From Fidelibacterota bacterium (lineage in GTDB: Bacteria > Fidelibacterota > Marinisomatia > Marinisomatales > UBA2128): a stretch of 10,372 nucleotides of DNA. Location of the stretch: the NCBI GenBank assembly GCA_046861645.1, contig JBHHUM010000076.1, positions 1 to 10,372 of the forward strand. The letters run 5' to 3'. The notes beneath the pieces are model-generated. The model was not told the DNA's origin. It saw only the letters and a program-made list of their open reading frames with translations, and did no database searches. The position numbers and the translations under genes were made by a program. Positions 7,798 through 10,372 of this stretch are shown here, in pieces; within the stretch, counting starts at the first letter, position 1, and each line of letters opens with the position of its first letter.

Positions 7798-7823
7798 GGT
7801 AATATTTACAACAATCGTGAATG

Positions 7824-8327
7824 TTAATTTTCATCTTTTTGTCTTTTAGCCAGCTCAACCTTCATCAGTGCTTTCCACTCTTTGACTTCCTCTGGGGTAA
7901 GGCTGTATCTGTCCCGGAATCGTCTCCAGGAAGATGTCTTACGATTTTTAGTATTTATGAGATTATAAAAATCAACAGGGAGCATAACCCGGCATCCAAC
8001 CGCAACAACTGCCTGGTGAAGGGCACGATCTCGGGTCACGACAAAGACATTCCTATTTCCCCATTTTTTAGCCAGGGCAATAATAACGTCATCCGCTTCC
8101 CGGTTACTTCCACTAAAGTGAATTTTCAAACGGGTACTGTACGTGGACGGTTCCCAGGGTTGATTACCGTCAAAAACAAGAGAGATGAAAACCTTTCGCG
8201 TTTCAGTGTAGGTCTGTAGTTGTTGAAAAAGTTTTTTTTGACATTCCACATAGTTGCGATCGAGGAGTTCAAGATAAACGGGGATCTCGTGAATAAAATT
8301 GTGCCCGTCAATGATGTAGCTGATCAT
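7824..8327 (-). CDS. YacP/Rae1-like NYN (PIN-fold) domain protein, putative ribonuclease (167 aa)
   Basis: YIIDGHN, LVFDG, FS...EADDVII and VVTRDR acidic motifs of NYN_YacP; start overlaps the upstream stop (ATGA). Confidence 0.88.
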   Translation of the reverse strand: MISYIIDGHNFIHEIPVYLELLDRNYVECQKKLFQQLQTYTETRKVFISLVFDGNQPWEPSTYSTRLKIHFSGSNREADDVIIALAKKWGNRNVFVVTRDRALHQAVVAVGCRVMLPVDFYNLINTKNRKTSSWRRFRDRYSLTPEEVKEWKALMKVELAKRQKDEN

Positions 8328-8542
8328 GACAACTTCATAATAATAAAGACCGCCATCATCAGAAGAGCAAGAATGATGATCATGCGGGCGAGTAATTTGT
8401 TGCTGGAACGGTAAAATGCAGGAACGGTGTTATTCATCCGTTTTAGTTCGGCCCGGGTCTGTTTACTTAATAGTAATTTGGTGCTGATAATCAACATTCC
8501 GAAAAAGAAGAGAAACAAACCCAACTTCCAGAATAAGTTCAT
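8324..8542 (-). CDS. Small two-helix membrane protein of unknown function (72 aa)
   Basis: Two hydrophobic segments around a basic loop; 4-nt ATGA overlap with the NYN gene; promoter immediately upstream. Confidence 0.75.
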   Translation of the reverse strand: MNLFWKLGLFLFFFGMLIISTKLLLSKQTRAELKRMNNTVPAFYRSSNKLLARMIIILALLMMAVFIIMKLS

Positions 8543-8548
8543 AGATGG

Positions 8549-8577
8549 AGTTTAAGGAAGTCAATAGGGAATAGCAA
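8549..8577 (-). promoter_or_regulatory. Putative sigma70 promoter producing a leaderless transcript
   Basis: Minus strand TTGCTA-N17-TAAACT-N6-ATG(8542); no SD between the -10 and the ATG. Confidence 0.6.
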
Positions 8578-8753
8578 TATTAGAGAAGAAATACTGAACA
8601 ACCTGAGGGGCAGATATTTGATGGATAACTGATGATGGCAGCGAAAGACATGCAGTTATGTTAGATAATTAGTGCGGTAGATTAGCTAAACGATCTGTAA
8701 ATCAATACCTCCGTATTCCAAGACTCTACAACTCCAATTTGCTATTGATCCGT

Positions 8754-8782
8754 TTGCGAATCTGCCCACTGTGTTCTACATT
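8754..8782 (+). promoter_or_regulatory. Putative sigma70 promoter of the M20 hydrolase gene
   Basis: TTGCGA-N17-TACATT, 57 nt before ATG 8840. Confidence 0.55.
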
Positions 8783-8839
8783 CCTGCTAACAGTAGTTTG
8801 AGTCACAACTTCAGAGGTAAAACCGTGTCGAGGTGTAAG

Positions 8840-10018
8840 ATGAAAAAAACAGGCAGAATAACATTTACCTTTTTATATCTATCTCTATTCTTTTGGGGAG
8901 GTCTGTGGGCACAAGGGGAGGACAACCTGGTTGCTGACCTCTCTGCCCTTATCCAGTTTCAAACCGTAACCAGAGATAATGCAACCAATCGGGCGGCTAT
9001 GGAGTGGGTAGTCGGGGAAATGTCCAACCTTCCCGTTCATGTAAAATGGTACGAATCCAATGGTTTTCCATCGGTTGTAATTACCAGCCAGGAAACCATA
9101 AAACCTAAGATCCTATTTGCTGGACATATGGACGTAGTACCGGGAAGTGCTGAGGCTTTCCAGCCGCAAGTTATGGAAGGTCGACTTTTTGGTAGAGGCG
9201 TTTATGATATGAAAATGGGGATCGCAGCAGCAATAAATATCTTCAAAGCATTGGGGAATGATTTACAAGAATTTGATATAGGATTAATGTTGACTGCTGA
9301 TGAGGAGATCGGTGGTTTTAACGGGGTAAAGTATCTGGTGGAGCAGGGTTATGGGGCCGATATCGTCGTTTTACCGGATGGGGGTTTTAATTGGAATTTT
9401 GAAACAGAGGCTAAAGGTGTCCTCTGGTTAGAAGTAACCGCTAAGGGAAAGGGCGCCCATGGATCACGGCCGTGGTTGGGTGAAAACGCCATCCTGAAAT
9501 TGGCTAAATTTCTCTTGGCGCTGGAAGAGGACTTTACCGCTGAAAGGGAAGCAGGAGGTGATTATTACACCACTGTGAATGTGGGTACTATTACAGGAGG
9601 TAAGGCTACAAACCAGGTTCCTGATCTGGCCACGGCAACAGTGGACATCCGCTACACGCCTAAGTACACCTCAGAGGAGATGCTAGCCAGAGCCGTGGGA
9701 AAGGCCGAATTGTTTGATGGCGTTACGGTGCGGGAGAAGATCAGCGGTGGCAGCCATTTTGCAGATACAAGCAACCCTCTATTTGTCAGTTTTGCGGATA
9801 TTGCCCGAAAGGTAGCTGGCATCGAGGTGGGTGAAACCAAATCACACGGTGCTTCGGACGCCCGGTTCTTTTCAGGACAGAAGATTCCGACAATGGTCAT
9901 TGCCGGTAAGGGCGGCAACCATCATGCTGAGGGAGAGTGGCTTGATATTGTTGACTATGAGCAGTTCTATAGGGCATTGTTGGCTTGGGTGGAGGAGAAT
10001 GGACACAAGGAGGAGTGA
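8840..10018 (+). CDS. M20/M25/M40-family (ArgE/DapE-like) metallohydrolase with signal peptide (392 aa)
   Basis: GHMDVVP, GRGVYDMK, ADEE, AHGSRP, NVG.I.GG.ATNQVP, DIR, GASDARF and HHAEGE motifs; start moved from GTG 8771 to ATG 8840 because of SD GAGGTG, the upstream promoter and the signal peptide MKKTGR-hydrophobic-LWA|Q. Confidence 0.92.
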   Translation: MKKTGRITFTFLYLSLFFWGGLWAQGEDNLVADLSALIQFQTVTRDNATNRAAMEWVVGEMSNLPVHVKWYESNGFPSVVITSQETIKPKILFAGHMDVVPGSAEAFQPQVMEGRLFGRGVYDMKMGIAAAINIFKALGNDLQEFDIGLMLTADEEIGGFNGVKYLVEQGYGADIVVLPDGGFNWNFETEAKGVLWLEVTAKGKGAHGSRPWLGENAILKLAKFLLALEEDFTAEREAGGDYYTTVNVGTITGGKATNQVPDLATATVDIRYTPKYTSEEMLARAVGKAELFDGVTVREKISGGSHFADTSNPLFVSFADIARKVAGIEVGETKSHGASDARFFSGQKIPTMVIAGKGGNHHAEGEWLDIVDYEQFYRALLAWVEENGHKEE

Positions 10019-10190
10019 AAGACCTATCATCCCATCGATGGGATGCTTTGTGGCTTCCGCCTCATTCCGATGAATCGGAATACGGTGGACAGTTGAGCCG
10101 CCTGCCTGTCGTCAGATAGGGAATCCCCACAGGGTCTTGAGAGAAGATTCGCTGTAGGCTACAGTCTACAGCTACGCCGAGGCTCAGCGA
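10019..10190. repeat. Cluster of short palindromic (REP-like) elements between the converging M20 and tRNA genes; may also act as a terminator
   Basis: Perfect 18-bp palindrome CATCCCATCGATGGGATG (10028-10045); ATTCCGAT-ga-ATCGGAAT (10064-10081); imperfect CCTGCCTGTCGTCAGATAGG (10101-10120); GCTGTAGGCT-ac-AGTCTACAGC (10151-10172). Confidence 0.7.
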
Positions 10191-10264
10191 CTTTTATTTA
10201 ACTTACATGGATGAGGATTATTAGGGAATGATAGAAGGACCTATGAAAGAGTAAATAATATGTG

Positions 10265-10337
<73 letters not shown>

Positions 10338-10372
10338 GTAACTTCAATAATCACCATAACTCGGTAGCGAAG

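Noticed and set aside
4828..8414. Multiple short + strand ORFs and 8126-8311(-)
   Set aside because: Shadows of the NTT-HEAT-cNMP, NYN and small membrane genes; no SD or motif support
8629..8646. CTGATGA…GAAA resembling a hammerhead ribozyme core
   Set aside because: The intervening TGGCAGC cannot form stem II with the required closing pair, and stems I/III with a cleavage triplet were not found
8771..8839. GTG start at 8771 for the M20 gene as given by the ORF track
   Set aside because: It lies inside the predicted promoter; ATG 8840 has an SD and gives a proper signal peptide
9652..10073. ORFs 9652-9918(-) and 9831-10073(+)
   Set aside because: Overlap the M20 gene in antisense or alternate frame with no independent support

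Overview
Bacterial chromosomal window with one mobile element. From left to right: an apparently intact IS1380-family insertion sequence (about 150-1807, transposase on the minus strand) whose left end supplies the stop codon of an unusual signal peptide + YidD + TM2-like fusion gene. Divergent from that gene is a 580-aa exported protein fusing a degenerate UshA/5'-nucleotidase-like domain (CxC motif), a tetraheme cytochrome c domain and a LysM domain, followed by a small membrane protein. Converging on these is a minus-strand run of three genes: a small membrane protein, a YacP-like NYN ribonuclease and a 1058-aa NTT/TLC-like transporter-HEAT-cNMP-binding fusion with a strong internal ribosome-binding site before the cNMP domain. 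Next come a secreted M20 (ArgE/DapE-like) metallohydrolase, a cluster of nested palindromes, and tRNA-Phe(GAA) on the minus strand. All family assignments are by motif recognition; no database search was run.
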